From Lytechinus pictus (lineage: Eukaryota), in the NCBI RefSeq assembly GCF_037042905.1, contig NC_087257.1:15748001-15812000 (forward strand): DNA of 64,000 bases, in the 5' to 3' direction. This document shows, one piece after another, positions 1 through 14,700 of this stretch. The notes under the pieces are model-generated. The model searched no databases, was not told where the DNA came from, and saw only the letters and a program-made list of their open reading frames with translations. A program made the position numbers and the translations under genes. Within the stretch, counting starts at the first letter, position 1; the number at the start of each line of letters is the position of its first letter.

Positions 1-199
1 ACAAAAGTTGATCTTCCACGAGGCCCTGGATAACAAACAATACAGCTATATACAATTTAAAAACAATCAATGGTGATAATACATAAACAATCATCAGATC
101 ATATGATATTGCTGAAATACAGACGTATAAAGTGACAACAGCATTATATAAAGTAATACATCAAAAAAGAGATGATAGTTAAAAGCATCAATCCTGAAA

Positions 200-845
200 G
201 GGGAATTGGTATTGCATCCCAATTGATCAGCCTAGGCAAGATTGAGGAGATGTCTTTTAACAGAGAGTTTGAAATTATTTAGGGTTTTAACACTTTTAAC
301 ACTTTGGAAGATACTATTCCATAGAACGCAGCCATCATAACATAAAGCAGTTTTATAATAATCTGTATACGGCATTTACATACACTGTTAAAAAACCCTG
401 ATCTTACAGAAAAAGATGATTTTGCAGAAAGCAATAACAGAATCATTCTGTAAATTCATAAAACAGGAATTTTTCTGCAATTTAACAGAACAGGTCTGTT
501 TAAAAAGGGGAAAAGGGTGTTTTCTTTAAGGAAATGTGTAAGGTTCCATACACCAAATACCAATTTTTTGTAAGATTACGCAATCTGGTAAGATTACAGG
601 TGTTCTCGAGACTCTGCTGCAGGAACTTCTTTTAGGATAAATTTTCTAACAGTGTATAACTAAATCATGATGAGCAATTTGTGGAGTATTTACATTATGA
701 ACTTTATAAATTTCTTTGAAAACATTTTTAAAACAATCTGCTGATAAATCATGAAGACATTTATAAATAAATATACACCTGAAGTATTCTACTCTTTTCT
801 TAAAAGGCATCCATCTTAAACGAGTACACATTTCATTAGAGAGTG
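200..845 (-). mobile_element. Degenerate 3' end of LINE ORF2 (L2/CR1/Crack-like)
   Basis: RLRWMPFKKRVEYFRCIFIYKCLH..VHNVNT and downstream ..VLWNS..FK, typical LINE ORF2 C-terminus; interrupted by a MITE. Confidence 0.65.
383..654. mobile_element. Non-autonomous DNA transposon with CACTG..CAGTG ends (EnSpm/CACTA-like), TA flanks
   Basis: ta|CACTGTTAAAAAA ... TTTTCTAACAGTG|ta. Confidence 0.6.
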
Positions 846-888
846 TATATATATTACAGTTTAAAATAAATCTCGTTGCCCTGTATAA

Positions 889-1169
889 GGAGCGTTGTGG
901 CCCAGTGGATTAGTCTTCGGACTTTGAAACAGAGGGTCGTGGGTTCGAATCCCAGCCATGGCGTAATTTCCTTCAGCAAGAAACTGATCCACAGTGTGCT
1001 GCACTCAACCCAGGTGAGGTAAATGGGTACCGGTAGGAAGCAATTCCTTAATAAAAAGCTGTGTGCGCTATGAACGCCTAGCTTAGCCGGGTAATATAGG
1101 AGCGCCTTGAGCACCTAACAAGGTGGATATGTGCGCAATATAAATACCCTATATTATTATTATTATTAT
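889..1169 (+). mobile_element. tRNA-derived SINE
   Basis: A box TGGCCCAGTGG, B box GGTTCGAATCC, shared core, (TAT)n tail; homologous to 9596 and 11134 copies. Confidence 0.88.
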
Positions 1170-1539
1170 AATACTGGGGAGGGAGGGCGATCGCCCCATG
1201 AAGATATTGGGGGACAAACATATCGATTTGCTCCCCAAAGAATGTTGACACCGAGAAAATTCTACATGTTTCAATGCAAAAATAGGATGTCTGAAAAATC
1301 ATCGGAAAGTACTATAAAACCATTATATTAGACATTTGAATATATTATATTTGAAATTGTCAAATTTTGGACGCACTGTAGTGCAAACATTCTCACATGT
1401 CGACAATTTTGGAGTCTCTCCCCCCCCCCCTCCATCCGAAACATGCATCGACATCTCTGACTCTTAATTTAATTTACGTTGATAACTTCAGCCTCGGTCA
1501 GGGAGAATGTTGCTACCGAACCATTTTTTTTAAAGAGAG

Positions 1540-3395
1540 ATATTTATCCTAACTTAGATCCAAACTTTCAAGGTTGTGATAGAAATTCAACAAATAATCC
1601 AATCATGGTCAAAGTTCATTGACCCTATATGACCTTGACCTTCCTTTGTGATGTGACCTGAAACTTAGGCAGGATATTCAGTGATACACCATTACCCTTA
1701 TGTCTAAGTTCACAAACTTTTCAAGTTATGACGAAATCTCAAAACTTGGTTAAGATTTCGATGTTGATTCCCCCACCATGGTCTATGTCAGTGACTCCAA
1801 ATATGACCTTTGGTCATGTGACCTGAAACTCAGGCAGGATGTTTAGCAATACTTGATTACCCTTATGTCCAAGTTCATGAACTAGGTCCATATATATACT
1901 TTCTAATTTATTATGACATTTCAAAAACTTAACCTTAGTTAAGATTTCATGTTGACGACGCCGTCGTCGGTAAAGCGGCGCCGATAGTCTCGCTCTTATC
2001 CAGTGCGTATCAACAAAAACAAAACGGGACAGTTTTGAAGTCTATCGAAATTTTGTTTTAAATTTTGATGACTTTATTTGATGTTAATAGATGCTCTTAG
2101 GACTTATCTTTAAAATGCCATTAAAAAAAAATGAGTTTCGTTCATTCCTGAGTGAACACGAAACGTTTTTAAAAGGCTTGCGCCAAATGGCACAAAATTG
2201 AAAAATATTGATCATCAGACTTCTTGCTAGTTTCTATTCAACTTGCTCTCATTTCTTTATTGCTGCATCAATTACGTTTAAACTTAGTAAATATGTTTCT
2301 AGGGTAATACCACATATGTAACCAAGAGACTGATGAGGTCGAAGGTCATCTAGGGGTGAAGAGGTAAATGATATGTGGTTATGTCCATCCTTTAAAAAAA
2401 AAGTTTTTGTTCAACTTGCTCTCATTTCTTTATTTCTGCATCAATTGTGTTCACACTTGGTACATATGACACTTCACTTGGGTAATACTACATGTGTATC
2501 CAAGAGGATAATGGGGTCAAAGGTCATCTAGGGGTTAAAAAATTATACATGTATTGCATATTTGAATTATCGCGAAATCAGGCGAGACTCATGATTCGCC
2601 AACCACCTTGCTCATTAAAATATGTTATCTTTTAGCATTGAATATTCTTTGATAAGTAAGAAAATCAAACTCTTTTGTCAACCTAAGCAAGAGGAGATTT
2701 CCATTATTAAAGGGAAAGCTTGTAATTTATCCATATCCTTTTATTAAGTGCAACAAAGGTTATGGTGCCTCTGAAAAAACATGAATCCTATTGTCAAGGG
2801 GACATTGATTCCTTGAACAAGTCAAATTGTGTGACTCATGTCTTTCAAAGGCACCATATCCTTTGCAGTACACAAAAAAAAAAGATTTGATTAAATAACA
2901 AGCTCTCCTACTCATAATGCGAATCCCCTTACTTGGGTTGAGAATATTTTTTACCTTTTACTTATGAAAAAAAAAAACACTGCTAAAAGATACCATATTA
3001 TACAACAGCACAATTCAAGTAAATGAGTAGATTTGTCAATGGATTTTGACAACATAATTCGAAAATTATGGTAAAGATGATAAATAAAAATTGAAGAAAG
3101 TTTGTTGATGAGATTCAGATTTATTTCCAACAGAACAAAGAATAAGCAATTAGCAAGAAGTCTGATGATCAACATTTTATGCCATTTGGCGCAAGCCTTT
3201 TTTTGAACCCCTGACAAAAGTTTTTTGGTGTTCGCTCAAGCATGAATGAAACTCATTTTTTTAAATAGCATTTGAGAGATAAGACATCAGAGCATCTATT
3301 AACATCAAAATAAAGACATCACAATTTGAAAAAAATTTAGACTTTTTAAAACTGTCCCGTTTTTTTTATACGCACTGTATGCAGGCGAGACAAAA
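1540..3395 (-). mobile_element. Partial Helentron-type HINE element, interrupted by a Tc1/mariner MITE
   Basis: Same TGACCTTTGACCTT tandem units and AGTCTCGCTCT..TATGCAGGCGAGACAAAAA end as 24532-25670; end split by insertion 2001-3377. Confidence 0.65.
2001..3377. mobile_element. Non-autonomous Tc1/mariner-type element with about 230-bp TIRs
   Basis: CAGTGCGTAT..ATACGCACTG|TA; extended inverted similarity about 2001-2230 vs 3150-3377. Confidence 0.7.
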
Positions 3396-5825
3396 AACGG
3401 ATATAACCCAAAGCGGCCTTCAGTAATTAAAGACATAAATGGGGTGGATCAGACACCAAAACAGTTACAAAGAAAACAAGGGGGCAAATGAGGTAGATAA
3501 TATAAAGTCACAATGAAAAGAAACACCTCTTCGAGGGGGGGGGGGGCAATTTGACTAGAACATTTAATTTGATCGCTGTTGATTGGCAAAAATACCCCCG
3601 GCTGTAATGAAATTCCAGTAAGACACCCGAGATAAGACTCCATCTGATAACCATGGTATCTCCCGCCATCTCTGCAAATTCCCCCTCTCCCTCAGTCTCT
3701 CCGAGGCTCACGTTATTTATCCATCTTTCCTCATTCTTTTCTTTTTTCTCCATTTCACACCTGCATTTCCATCAGAGAAAGATAAAAAAAATCTACACCA
3801 TTGTTCTCAGTGCATGTGTAAGTGTGGGGAGAGAGAGAGAGATGGGGGGGGGGGGTCTATCAGCATACTTGCAGAAGTATAAAGAAGAGCAAAACGATTG
3901 AGATGAAATTGTACATGGAGGGAATGAAGAATGATTAAAATTACAAGATAGGGCAAAGATGGATAGGAAAGAAAAATGGTGCAAAGAACAAAAGGTATGT
4001 GGAGACAAAAAATTGGGGCAGTTGGAGAAAGTGAGAGGTAAAAATTGAGGGGAAAAGGTGACAGAAAAGGCAAGAACAGGTGGAGAATTGTAGTACGTTT
4101 TGAATGCAACAATATAAATGACTACGTCATCTCAAAATGCAGTTCATAAATACCTGCTAGTTCCAAAGCAGTGGTGGTTTTTCAAAATTTTATTCATTTT
4201 TTTTTAATTCACTTCCTTTGCCATTCTAATTGTACACATCATCGGGAGTAAAAAAAAACCACATAAATAAAGGGGGAAAAAAGGAAGAAATGCAAATATC
4301 TCATTTCATCAAGGTACAGGGGGGGGGGGCAAAATATAAAAATATGCCAAATATTCCATGACACAATAGGAGATAAATTTACACAAACATAATGAAACTC
4401 CAGTTTCAGTCACATTCTGAGAGGTTAATTTGTGAATGGCCGTCAAAACATAAAAATAAGAATATGAATGCAGCCTTAAACTTAATAATTACACTGCAGG
4501 TCACTAATATGAGAAGTAAGGCTGATGTATCAAACTGTATCTAAAACAAATACAGTATATAATAACTTGACTTTCAAAGTGTTCAATGTATTTCCTTGTA
4601 TTAATAGAGTGATTAACTCATGCCCAATGGAGCAATATCTGATTATTCAAAATAATAATAGTAAATGACACTGTCCAGTAATTTTCAATCAGCTGTCATG
4701 TTAGCAGAAATAAAAATATATGATATACATGTAACTATATCATATTGAGAGCATTGTAACACAGCATGGTAGAAGATAAATTATTTCACTTTTAAAGTAT
4801 TAACACTCAATAAAAAGGTAAATACATATTTGTTTATATGGGGGTTGTAAAAATAAGTAAAATAGTATACATCCTGTGAAAACAAGGAAAAACTCAATTT
4901 TTTTCTAGTACATGATCAATTATGGTGAAAAAAGTGTCCAAATTACATGTCAATTTTGATTGAGGTATGTATATGTTTTAAGTCTGTAACAGACTTGTTA
5001 AAGTAATATTGTATTCCTTGTGTACAATTACAATGAACATTATAGAGCCACACACATATAAACTTGTTCAATTATATAGGCATCATGATTTTCATATTTC
5101 TAGGGTGCTATTCCTTTGTATTGCTCAGTAAAATAGTTTAAAAAGGACGTGATATTCTGTTTAAAGCGTTCTGAGCTGAATTCGACATTCACATGTACAG
5201 GAAAAAAAAAAAGATGAATACAAAAGTTGAAGTCTTTGGAACTCCCTCTCCATACACCACACGAATACTGACAAGAAACATGTACTGACATTTCTAAACC
5301 AAATACATGCTACTGGGCAGAGACTGTTTCTGCATACAAACTGCTATAAAATTGTACAAAAAACAAACAAACAAAATGATTAGGTATGCTCTGTTTCCTG
5401 GAAATTCACCGAATAAGCTGCCAGTACTGCAAATATACATAAATAGTGATGATAATGATGTGATGCTTTCTTCACTCCCAAGTGTGTGTCCCTTTAAATC
5501 TCATTATTCTGATTCACTTGTAAGTATATGACGAGAGGTATTTCTGCTCCTAGAACAAACAAATGATAGACACTGATTTTTTGTACTGAATATACAATTA
5601 TATACATGTCAAATACAATTTTTTTTGTAACAATATCCAAGTCCTTTGGAAGAGCATAGAGACGTTATTTATGTGCTATGCGCTATACAAGAACTGACTA
5701 TTATTATTATTAAATACGAGCAACAGATGCATTGTGAGATTTCAAAAGTTTTATTCCAGGGCTCCGTTACATAGAGGGTTGCAATCACCGAGTGTGATGT
5801 GTACTTTATTCAAAACTCTGACCAA

Positions 5826-6097
5826 GGGCCCCGTCTTACAAAGAGTTATGGTTGATCCGATCAATCGTAACTATGGAAAACCAGCAACGTCAACATCTAA
5901 AATACATGTTTGTCCAAAATATTTTCTAGAAATGACGTATACTCATACATACACTGATTTCTTGACATTTCAGTATGCTTCTCTCTGTTTTCAAAGGACA
6001 TTGAGCAATTTTCCGGAAGAAAAAGTTATAACATTTATGGATTTCCATATACTTGAGACTGATCGGATCAATCGTAACTCTTTGTAAGACGGGGCCC
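5826..6097. mobile_element. PIF/Harbinger-like MITE
   Basis: TIR GGGCCCCGTCTTACAAAGAGTTA; second copy at about 36664-36926. Confidence 0.7.
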
Positions 6098-6156
6098 AGG
6101 AAACCATCAGAGTAGTTGTTTCATATTTAAAATTCATCACAAACCTTTTTGTTAAA

Positions 6157-6322
6157 GGGGCCCATTTCATAAAGCTGTTCGTAAGTTAAGAACGACTTCA
6201 AGAACGACTGAAGATCCTTTCTTGTGGTAAATGATATTCACCTTTAAGTGTTCATTGGTGATTATGGCACATAAGAAAGGTTCACCAGTCGTGCTTAACT
6301 TACGAACAGCTTTATGAAACAC
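6157..6322. mobile_element. Palindromic MITE (Harbinger-like)
   Basis: TTTCATAAAGCTGTTCGTAAG..CTTACGAACAGCTTTATGAAA; second copy about 35810-35980. Confidence 0.65.
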
Positions 6323-7347
6323 TCTCCTCGGCTCCAAACTCTTTGCATTAAAAACAAAAACGAAAATGAAAACATAACCAGCAGTCGTGCAAAACAGCTG
6401 CTTACAAAATACAATAGAAAACAAATAATCAGAGTTAAATAGTCCGATTCTGGAAACACACAGATGGGTTATTGACATCCAGAAGGCATTAACGCAAACA
6501 TTTATTTTTTTAGTTTAGAGATACTTCATGATTTTGGTGATCTAGTTGATTTGCTTCGCCAGTGATTGGAAGCTGAATGAAGATATGGCTTCATGATTTT
6601 CAGTATCTGCAGAAGTTGCTTTAAAATTTGATTTAAAAATATTTTAAAACTTTGTTAAAAAGTAACTTATCCTCCTCCTGTTAGTATACCCTTGATATGC
6701 ACATGTAATTCAAACCATTAATTGTACAATCAAATGTATAAAAAAAAAAAAAAAAAGGGAAAAATCCTGAAGATCACTAATCAATATTCTGTAATTTTAT
6801 AAAAAGAAAGGGTACGATAAAAAAAAAGTGAGAATAGCCAATAACAAACAGTATAATACATTATAGATATCGTAATTTTTTTTCCATTACCTCTTCGAAT
6901 TTATGCTGTCATTTTCTCTTAGAGGTCTAAACCGCAAATGTACCTCAACCTCACCACGTGAAAAAATGTACATTACAAAGCACCTTTTTTTCTATAGAAA
7001 TATTAATTAATCAGAGAAAAATTATTCCGTCATGAATTTTTGATATGTCAGAGGAATTCATTTCCTCAAAATGAAGCAATATACATTTATATCAATTTCA
7101 ATTTCTAAAACATTATCAAACCAACATTCAAGGCCCCCAACCATAAAAAAAAATATTCGAGCAGACTACATTTGGGACCTTCTGCCTGGCTAAAAAAGAA
7201 AAGACACCAGCTAACATTTTACATCATAATTTCCAACATTTGACATCCTTATTTCTATACACAAAATGTACAAATAACAATATCTCAAACATTTCTTCTG
7301 CCAGACCAAACTTTTTCATGGATTTAAAAAAGATGCATTCTATAAGC

Positions 7348-7551
7348 CGGTCACACGACATTTGCTCCTACAACAATTGCTCTCGGCTTAATATCATCTA
7401 AGATGTAGGGTTAGGGTTAGGATCGCAATAGGGTTTTATGTTAGGTTCATGAGAGGGTATAGTGTGTAAACCCAGGGTTGAAGTTGGTCATTCAATTAGT
7501 GTGTGGATTCAGAGCAGAGCAATTGTCGCAGGACCAAATGTCATGGAACCG
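7348..7551. mobile_element. MITE containing short TTAGGG-like repeats
   Basis: Imperfect TIR CGGT..ACATTTG..CAATTGCTC / GAGCAATTG..CAAATGTC..ACCG around TAGGGTTAGGGTTAGG. Confidence 0.55.
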
Positions 7552-8438
7552 TGCAAAGCCTGCCTCATACTAAGCAATCTGCAGCACAAAGAGTTACAAC
7601 CAAACGCAAAACCAAATTTTAAACGCAACTTGATTTCAGCCAACCTGGAAGTGGGTATTTTGGATTTGGGATTGATTTTTCGAGCTACCTACAATGTTGC
7701 ATACAACAACTTGGTAGTACTTTGCTCTGAAAATTACAAAATTCATTAGATTAAATACAATACATACAAAAATGTGCTCGATGCAGATTGCATAGTTTGA
7801 GGCAGGCTTTAGAAAGCACATACATGTATCTGGTGGTCTATCCAAAAAAAAAAAAAAAGAATACCATTTGGTAGATCCATTAAAAGAGAGAGAGAGAGAT
7901 ACAGTGCCATTTCATGGAACTCTAATAACTTACACTGTGGGTTATTGAACACTGCAAAATTTCCCATCACATTGAATTGAAATCCAGTTGTTTTAAAATA
8001 CATTTTCAGCGGAATCCCTAGTCTAATTTATAAATCAAAATAACAATATATCACTGAAATTGTAAATTATTTGTCAGAATACCAATATTAATAGCTATTT
8101 TTTGTATTTGTAACCTATATAAAGTTCCATGAAGTGACCTACGCATTGTAGACTCTTTAAATACACTATAGGTGGAAACAATTGGGTTAGTGTACAGAAT
8201 AAATTGTTGCCTGACTGACATGAGGGCATTAGGATGCATACATGTACGTCGATTCCCATTCCTGATATTCAAGCAGGAGGGTGTTAACTCACTTATGCAA
8301 AGAACATTTGGCATTTTGCGTAGTGCGCAACTGAGCTAATGCTCTCATGCCAGCTGTGCCGGAATCGAAAAATCGCCGCACATGCCCATCCTTCCACCCT
8401 TCCATTGGCCAGGCAACAAAATATCATTATAGCCTCTA

Positions 8439-8731
8439 TCAGCGGGGTTCGGCTTTAATGCGCATCTGTCCGTTCGACTCGGCACTCGCCTTGGGCGGCG
8501 CAGGCACTTTCGTCGCCATGACCTTCAAGTACTGCAGTGCATTGTGGGATGCCGTTTCCATGGCGTCGTTGCGGGAGAGGCCGTTGGCGAAGCAGACGGT
8601 GACGGGTGCGGTGTGGAGCCTGACGAAGCACTGGTAGTGGCCGGCCTTGGTCTGCTCCTCGATGGGGACGTGCTCCACTTTGAAGGATTGCTCCTGGCCA
8701 AGGTCTTGGAGCATGCTGGAGTAGGAGGGAT
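8439..8731 (-). CDS. TARBP2/PRKRA: Coding exon 5 (dsRBD3, stop codon)
   Basis: ctctctag acceptor; DPSYSSMLQDLGQEQSFKVEHVPIEE..ALQYLKVMA..EPR*; GC-rich coding composition. Confidence 0.93.
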
Positions 8732-11700
8732 CTAGAGAGGGGTGGAATGTAGAGGTGTTCAAGTTGAAAATATTAACTCTTTGTATATTTTGACGTTATA
8801 AAAGGAATTCAGAGCTTCCTTTGACACCTGAATGAAACACAATGATTTAATGACCAAGAAAACAAACTGGGCGAGTAAAGAATCAATGCAATTAGTCCTT
8901 ACATGTAGTGATGTATAACCAAAATGGAATTTTATTGTACATTTCACAAATTGCTTTGTTATTCCAAGCCGACTTTGGTGAAAAACAACACACACACAAA
9001 CACAAAAACAGTTCTGCTCTCAGATAGACTAGCCGTTTTGCCTTTTTACAGGAAACTAATATTTTGCTTCTTCCTTAATTTTGTCAAATTCTAAATGTTA
9101 GGAACCAGGCCATTAATACATTGACTTCAATAGGGCTAATTATGTATTCATGAGGTCATTTCTCAGGCCCCCATAGACCAATTCCCATCAAATTTTGAAA
9201 GTTGGAGTTTTTCATCATGCTCTACCAAAATATGGTATAAAAAAACACTGAAATGCAAAAAAAAGTTTTTTGTAACGTCATCACTTCGGTACTCTATTGT
9301 CGCCACGGCAAATGTTACGGAACCGTGCAGAATACTTACCTGGGAAATTGAGAGCGTTCATTTTGAGGCTACGGATGAAGTTGCCTTCAGCTTGAGGTAG
9401 ATTTTTGATGGCAAGTCGATGAGGCCCAGGCATCTTCGGGTGCTTTTGCTTGAAAATTGAAGGAAAAAAAAGATAAACACACAAAGTTATTATCATGAAA
9501 TCATCCTGCTTAGGAATCTAGCATTAAAAAATTTGATTGATTTGTTTGTATTGCGGAATGTCAACTAGCTCAACAAAGGCAATTTGGACCACCATGGAGC
9601 GTTGTGGCCCTGTGGATTAGTCTCCGGACTTTGAAACAAAGGGTTGTGGGTTCAAATCCCAGCCATGGCGTAGTTTCCTTCAGCAAAAAAAATTATTCTC
9701 ATTGTAATGCACTCGGGTGAGGTTAATAGGTACCTGGCAGGAATTTATTCCTTGAAATGTACTGAGCGCTGGAAGGCTGCTTGAGTTACAGCCAGGTAAT
9801 AATATCCAAGTCCTTTGGAAGCGCATAGAGACGTTTTTCATAATGTGATATGCGCTATAAAAGAACTGTCTATTATTATTATTATCACATATCACGTAGG
9901 AGATTTCATATTGGCTTTCATAACACCTCCCCCCTCCATCAGTCGTTTATAAACCTGAAATGGATGGGTTAGCACCATACCGTAAGTCAAGGTATTGTAC
10001 TTCATTTTTTTGCAACTGTTACATTACTCATGCAAAAACACCCAACCCTTTCCCACATTTTTATGATGATGTGAGGTTGCATACTGAGCTTCAGGAGACA
10101 CATTTTTACATGTAATCCTCAGGCGAAAAATTTATAATAAAAAAAAAACATCCAAGAGCTACTCTTTGAGTTCACCAGTCAAAATTACTACATAGTAATT
10201 TTTTTTTTTTTAGTTGCCAGGGCTCTTGGGGCATTTTGGGGCAAAAAAGCCCAAAGCTCCCACATATTATATTTCCATTGGTACCCCTCTGGAAAAATAA
10301 TCTGGTTTCATAAACCTTCGAATTTCATTAATTCATATTCTGACCGAAGGTAGGAGATAGATTAAATCTTAAAGAAATGGCAATTTGTAAATTTCACTTT
10401 TAAATACCCAACACCTATTTGTGATCAGGCAACATTAAAATTCACAAAAAAGAAAAAAAAAAACATCATTAGTTAAAAATCCTATCTAAAAGAGGATATT
10501 CTTAGCCGTAAAATGATGTTTGACTTGCTAACTGTCTTTACAGATCAGCTCACTTCCATATACATGTACCAGATACTTTTGATAAAAATGATAAATAAGG
10601 GATTAAAGTTTACCGATCTATTGGAATACACTTTATGCACTTCCCCTTCCACCATTGTGCAGAGGTTGACAAAGGGATTACAAATCAATGAAGTTTCACA
10701 AAAGAAGTCCTTGAATTACCCAAAAGTTGGCACACTAATTAAGCACATCCTAATCATTGTCAAGAATAAGTAGCAATGCAAGAGCTTCTACATTCTTGGA
10801 AGCAAAGTGGTGATTTGTCTCATTACATTTTGGTTCAGACATCTCTTGATATTAATAATAATAGGCATAATATATAGCGCCATCGATCTAGAAATATTCC
10901 ATTCCGAGGCGCGTTGTTATTATCATTATAACCCCGGCTTTAGCTCGAGCTGCCTTTCAGCGCTCATGCATTCAAGGAATTAATCCTGCCGGATACCCAT
11001 TCGCCTCACCTGGGTTGAGTGCAGCACAATGTGGATAAATTTCTTGCTGAAGGTAATTACGCCATGGCTGGGATTCGAACCCACGACCCTCTGTTTCAAA
11101 GTCAGAAGACTAATCCACTGGGCCAAAATGCTCCATGATCCAATACTCACTTGGTCTACCTGTTATTAATACCTTGGTCACATTTGATCTACGGCGGCCG
11201 TACGGCGAGTCCAAAACAGCCGTTTTGTTAATTTTAATTCAAACCACCTATATGCAGCTGGTACAAAAAATGTTAAAACGACTGTTTTCAACTCGCCGTA
11301 CGGCCGCCGTAGATCAAATGTGACCAAGGTATAAGTCTCATGTCTAGATGGTCTAATTACTGCTTGGTCATCTTATTAATTTGTATTTTGTCAAGTCAAA
11401 AATTGATTCAAGAAGAGTTCATCATGTATTGGTGTTAGAGAAATTGGATAATACGCAGAATAGGCAGAAATTGGAAGATAGGCATATGATTAAACCAAAT
11501 ATTCAGACTAGGAATACAGCATGCGGGATGGACAAAATGAAATAAAACAAAGTGGGTGTAGACCGAATGGCAATTTACCATTCTACCAATTGTTCCCTTT
11601 TTCTGTACCATATTTTATGCATGAACATTCATCCTTCTAAAGGACATCAGAGAAAGCATCATGACATTGCATATTTGGCAAATTAGACCATCTGATCATT

Positions 11701-14700
11701 AGACTGAATTACAGGCTACATAATGGTGGAACCAAACAGCAATTAAACCAAATTGACATAAGATCAAGTGGATACTGGTTGCCATGTCAGGCAAGGCACC
11801 ATTGCCTTGTTTTGACGTCACTGTGCATATCACATACATTTTGCTCTTTTTCAATGGAAATGTTCCTTTGTTACTTGCTTCCTTCTACATAGTGAAAACA
11901 AAATAATCTGCTTCCAGATAGAACTTAATACACTGGAGCAGCTTCTTTAATAAGTTCTTGACAGATACATGTAGTGTTACCACTTCAACCATTTCAATGA
12001 AAAAACAAGAAGAAAATTCTGCAATACCTTAGGCTTTCTGTTGATGAGGCCAGGGTTGATGTCAGCGGGCAGCTTATGAAGGACTTCCAGCATGGTGGTA
12101 GCAGCCGCTCGTTTTGCAAGGCGTTTACTCTGATCAACACCTGTACAGAAAAAGATAGAAATTTCTGTCAAAACTTAGGCAAATTTTCTTCAAAGAAGAA
12201 TGTAGATGAAGAGCAAACAAATATGCAATTTCAATCCAACATTATGTACTACAAGTAGAAAAACTATTTGTCTCTTTGGTCAGTAGTCTAAAGTTTTAAA
12301 TTTTGTTGTTGTTCTTGTTAAATGGAGTTGGCCTAACCCACCTCACAGGAATCACCATTAAACCCTACCAGTACCCCACTTTGCATGATCCTGTGTATCC
12401 TCTGTCATAAACCAACCCTTCTACTCTCTTCCTCTACTTGCTTCTTCCATGAATTACAAACATGTTATGTACCACAGAATAAAAGGAATTCCATATGCCA
12501 GAAATATAACGACAGGGGTGTGAGTGGTCACAAATAAAAAGATCTGAAAAAAGCTGAAGAGTGTTATAAAAAAAAAGTCTGAAATAGAAAGAGCTCCCAT
12601 ACTTTTTACAGAGGAAAGCTGAAAATAGGCTGAAATTAAGCTAAAAAAAAAAAAAAAAAAAAATCTGAAATCAGCTAAAAATCTGAACTCTCACACCCCT
12701 GATATTGACTTCACCTACATGTACATGTAGGTCAAGCATAAGCAATGACTTTGACTATGACAGTTGGGATATTTTGTATAATAAGCCAGCCAGCCAGCCA
12801 TTATTATTATTATAATAATTTTTTTTTTTTTTTTGGGGGGGGGGGGAGGGTTGCATGCAGATACTCCAGGCCAGAGCAACAGAATGATAAAGACAGGACA
12901 TTGGGGTTTCTGGGCATTTCTATCATTCTTTAATTTCCAGGTAAGTGTAAAGTCAAATTTGACTCTTCTAAAGAAACGCTGGCTGGGTCTGTACATGTAC
13001 ACTCAATGGAAGCAGTCATCATTACAAACCTTGCTCCTTGTACTTGTCGACGGAAACGGCAATGACAAAACGTCTGTTGTGTGGTGGTCCGCTCTCCTCC
13101 AAGGCGTCGTATTCTGGCTTCCTCCATCCTAGAAGTGTTACCAACTCCTGCAGCTCACCCACAGGGTTGTCTTTCAGAGACCTGGGGTGTTAAATAAAGA
13201 GATAGGATTGGTTTTTATGATTAAAATTCATTGTAACTATTTTGCTTTTTTTTTCCCATAGACTTACAATTACAGTATTGCTCAGAATAAAGTAGACACA
13301 TTACCGCCCTGTACTGCGTAAGTCGATGTGAAATCGGGTCTCGCAGTACTACATGTACCACCAGCAGATTCCCATCGGCGGTAGTCATGTGACCAGCCAG
13401 CTCAGACAGAAATAACCATGGTAATGTACCACAAGATTTTTATAGGAAAATTTCGTGAATTTTTACTGCGGTAATTACCCCCAACCTTCGCCGAAAGAGG
13501 GACGGATGTTTATTTTGTAGGGAATCATATGTTGTGATAAATGTAAACTCTGGTACAGGAACAACAAAAAAGTTATTTTGGGCTACTTCATTCCATAATT
13601 TGAACCTGAAGTCTAATGAAAATTCTGATGATTATTTCATGATTACTTCCATGTTAATAGCTCAATGTCCATCTCCAATTTTTCACATTTTGGAGCTCCT
13701 ACTTTACTAATGAAATCCATATGGTACTTACATGTACATGTATGATAGTATACAAAAACAAATTCTGTCAGGAACACATCAAGCATTCCACAACTGAATG
13801 AAATTTAACATATATGCCAGTCATTTTCTTAATGTCTGGACCTTTGAAAGAAGCTAAAATACATTAAAGTCTTGCATGTGCTTTACAATAAAAAGCCTGA
13901 CGAGGCCTGAAATGGGAAGACAGCATTGTCTGAAATTGGGTAAAATTCCCGAGGTAAAAACATGCATCTCTCAATTAATTTGGCTGAATGTACATGTACA
14001 TGTATGTACATGTAATTGTCAATGCAATGTGCTTTTAATAAGTTTGGATAAATCATCAAACCCATTAATATCTAGGATGATTAAGTGACGGTGAGCAATA
14101 TGTCTGAAAGTGTAGGAGTTTGCTTCTGCGTCTCTAATAGCGAAATTGTTTATGCCTACATGTAGCTGCCATTATCTATTTGCCACCACATACATGTACA
14201 TACTCCTGTGTGCAACATTAATCTTAGTATGCAACCTTGGAAAGGGGTTCTGCATAAACTCTCCTTAATCAACTTGTAATGAAAAATAAAAATGTGTAGC
14301 AATACCATAGAAATAAAAATTATCCTGAAATAGCATTGTTTTTATGTATGATATCCTATATCTAACTAAACATGTACAATCTACATTCAAGTTCTTGTTA
14401 AAAATGTATGCCTATTTTATCTATTTTTAAAGATAGTTTATTCTAAAGATGTTATCCATTTAGCTTTCATTATACCAATGTCAAGTCTTGAAGGTAAATA
14501 CCTGTACTGACCAAACAGAAACGTTGTTAGGCTCACAATGCGCTAAGAGAGGTCCTGTTATAACCGGTAACGTGGCAGCGATGCCTAATGTTACAACAAT
14601 CCATTTCTTACACATTGAAATAAATATTTTGATTTCACAATCCCAAAGATGTGACTGGGCTTAATGTTTATAGCGCTCTGTTAGGCTAACAATGAGCCTT

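Noticed and set aside
889-960. tRNA gene
   Set aside because: tRNA-like head continues into a SINE core and tail and recurs three times
7406-7425. Telomere or interstitial telomeric array
   Set aside because: Only about 3 units inside a MITE
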